Assembly (NCBI GenBank): GCA_049278515.1 | Contig: JBAPMH010000453.1 | Span: 1 to 26,533 of the forward strand | DNA: 26,533 nucleotides | Reading direction: 5' to 3' | From: Chthoniobacterales bacterium | Lineage (GTDB): Bacteria; Verrucomicrobiota; Verrucomicrobiia; Chthoniobacterales; UBA10450 | Shown: piece after piece, positions 24,912 through 26,533 of the stretch | How positions within the stretch are numbered: the first letter of the stretch is position 1 | Layout of the letters: every line of letters starts with the position of its first letter | Program-made: the position numbers and the translations under genes | The notes under the pieces: generated by a model | Told to the model about the DNA's origin: nothing | Seen by the model: the letters and a program-made list of their open reading frames with translations, nothing else | The model's database searches: none

Positions 24912-26149
24912 TCGCGAACGCGTTCCACCACCATACTGCTGTTGCCCCCTCCCAGCCCGCGGACGTTAATCAGGGCGCTATTGATCTTGCGGGTTCGCGA
25001 ACGCCCGGGAACATAGTCCAGGTCGCAACGCGGATCCGTTACCTCGTAGTTGGCGGTGGGCGGGATCATCCCGTACTTAAAGCATAAAGCGCACGTGATG
25101 ATCTGATGGGGTCCCGCCGCCGAGAGGGCATTCCCGGTCACGCCCTTGATCGAGCTCATGGGAATGCTGTAAGCCCGGCGGCCGAAGACGCGTTTCACCA
25201 TGTCGGTCTCGATCACGTCGAGAGCTGGATGGCCGGGACCGTAGGCACAAATATAATCGATTTCCTCGGGAGTCTTTCCCGCGTTATCCATTGCCGTTCG
25301 CATGGTTTGTCCCAGCCCAAACAGCTCATCGCTGGCATAGTTGTCACCTTGCGTGCCATAGCCGGTGATTTCAAGATATGGCACCGCGCCGCGCGCTATA
25401 GCCGTCTCGTAATTTTCGAGGACCAACATTCCGGCGCCTTCTGAAATCACGCCAGAATCTCGTAACAAATCGAACGGACGGCTGGCGCGTTCCGGGTCGA
25501 TGTTTCTCGTCGAACTCAAGCCGGCGGCAGAGAAACTGGCCATCGACAACGGAGTGATGGTGGCATCGGTCCCTCCCGCCAGGGCCAGATCGGCTTCTCC
25601 CTGGCGAATCATGGCCGCCGCGGATGCGATTGCGTCCAATCCTGACGGACAGGCGGATGCAATCGTGGTAGCGCGGGAAGAAATCCCAAGCGCCATCGTC
25701 AGCATTTGGGTGGCGGCTTGAGGTTGACAATCGACAACGCCCGCCGTTACCCCACGCGGACCGCGTCGCGACAAGTCGCCCCAACAATCCTCGAGAATGT
25801 CCATCGCCGTGGTGCTTACGCCCAGCATGACGGGGATGGGATGATCGATCGGATGCTTCGAGGGCTCGAAATGCGCGTCAGCTAACGCCATTTTCATCGC
25901 GGCGAAGGCAAACTGGGTGTGACGCGCCATCCGTTTTGGTTTGAATTTCGGGTCGATGTAATCCAGGGGGTCGAAGCCTTTCACCTCGCCGGCGATCCGG
26001 CTTTTGAATGCCGTTGGGTCGAAGCGTGTAATTGTTCCTATGCCGCTGCGGCCCGCGACGAGCGATTCCCAAAAAGCCTCCAGTCCGATCCCATTGGGAG
26101 CGAGGATGCCCATGCCGGTGACGACGACTCTGTTATGTTTTAGCTTCAT
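24908..26149 (-). CDS. FabF-like beta-ketoacyl synthase-fold protein with a non-canonical catalytic triad
   Basis: From the ATG at 26149 (GGAGAG SD upstream) it reads MKLKHNRVVVTGMGILAPNG...RFDP, a typical KAS I/II N-terminus. The active-site Cys context is present (IASACPSGLDAI). The usual AHGT(S/G)T and GHxxGAAG motifs read AYGPGH and GNALSAAG. See findings. Confidence 0.85.
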   Translation of the reverse strand: MKLKHNRVVVTGMGILAPNGIGLEAFWESLVAGRSGIGTITRFDPTAFKSRIAGEVKGFDPLDYIDPKFKPKRMARHTQFAFAAMKMALADAHFEPSKHPIDHPIPVMLGVSTTAMDILEDCWGDLSRRGPRGVTAGVVDCQPQAATQMLTMALGISSRATTIASACPSGLDAIASAAAMIRQGEADLALAGGTDATITPLSMASFSAAGLSSTRNIDPERASRPFDLLRDSGVISEGAGMLVLENYETAIARGAVPYLEITGYGTQGDNYASDELFGLGQTMRTAMDNAGKTPEEIDYICAYGPGHPALDVIETDMVKRVFGRRAYSIPMSSIKGVTGNALSAAGPHQIITCALCFKYGMIPPTANYEVTDPRCDLDYVPGRSRTRKINSALINVRGLGGGNSSMVVERVRE

Positions 26150-26398
26150 GATGACTCTCCTCTCTCTTTGATTCGGATTTGGGCACAAAGGCGTGCATTC
26201 TAATCATTACATTAAATGCAGTCATTATGTTTTTATCGTTGCCCTGTCGAAAGTTATTCACCAAATTTTCGACTTATTCACAAGAAGCATCTTGTGTCGC
26301 CCCGAAAAAGTTCCAGACTCCGAAGACGCCTATTGTGGCGAGGGGTAGCCCAATATACACTCTTTCCGCGGTACGGCCTTAGCTTTCTTCCACCCACC

Positions 26399-26533
26399 AT
26401 GACTGTCGCCTCGGATCTTCCCCAAGTTCTTGTTATCGACGACGAAATGGGTCCCCGCGAAAGTTTGCGGATGCTTTTGAAACCGAACTATCAGGTTCAT
26501 ACGGCCGATTGCGTGGAGGCGGGGATCAAGCTT
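26399..26533 (+). CDS. Response regulator receiver domain, N-terminal part (NtrC-like; runs off the window end)
   Basis: MTVASDLPQVLVIDDEMGPRESLRMLLKPNYQVHTADCVEAGIKL is a typical REC N-terminus (VLVIDDE). It is divergent from the ketosynthase-kinase operon. Confidence 0.7.
   Translation, partial: MTVASDLPQVLVIDDEMGPRESLRMLLKPNYQVHTADCVEAGIKL

Overview
High-GC bacterial chromosome (by eye roughly 60% GC). My unverified guess is a soil Verrucomicrobiota- or Acidobacteriota-like organism. Most of the window is a housekeeping backbone: POT peptide transporter (partial), ftsK, a RodZ-like HTH protein, rimO, a small membrane protein, trxA, tRNA-Arg(CCG), rplS, rnhB, a yraN-family gene, glmS, glgC, a coiled-coil protein, a NYN/YacP-like protein, a CheY-like receiver and class II fba.

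Two regions stand out.

(1) Between yraN and glmS (about 8.05-13.5 kb) lies a ~5.4 kb accessory patch. It consists of three cassette-sized blocks, each ending in a progressively shorter, same-orientation remnant of the glmS 3' end (~260 nt, ~197 nt, 32 nt). The remnants differ from the live glmS end almost only at synonymous sites. I see no integrase, transposase, Tns or Cas gene. Cargo comprises:
- a secreted di-heme (2x CXXCH) peroxidase-like protein;
- a low-GC two-gene operon of unknown function with strong SD sites;
- decayed gene fragments, including a LuxR-HTH::glmS' in-frame chimera and a DUF1801-like remnant;
- a 328-aa orphan gene starting 32 nt downstream of the glmS stop codon.

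(2) At 20.4-26.5 kb, a FabF-like ketosynthase is translationally coupled (ATGA overlaps) to two large GAF-PAS sensor histidine kinases. By my hand alignment both of its catalytic His residues are replaced. The operon is divergent from an NtrC-like response regulator.

Also present: a GTCATCCCGAGCG...CGCTCGGGATGAC palindromic repeat family (2 full copies plus 1 half copy), long imperfect terminator hairpins built from ~7-nt units, and a (ATCGAAA)x4 tandem repeat. There is no CRISPR array and no rRNA. All identifications rest on reading the translations and motifs by eye; no database search was run.
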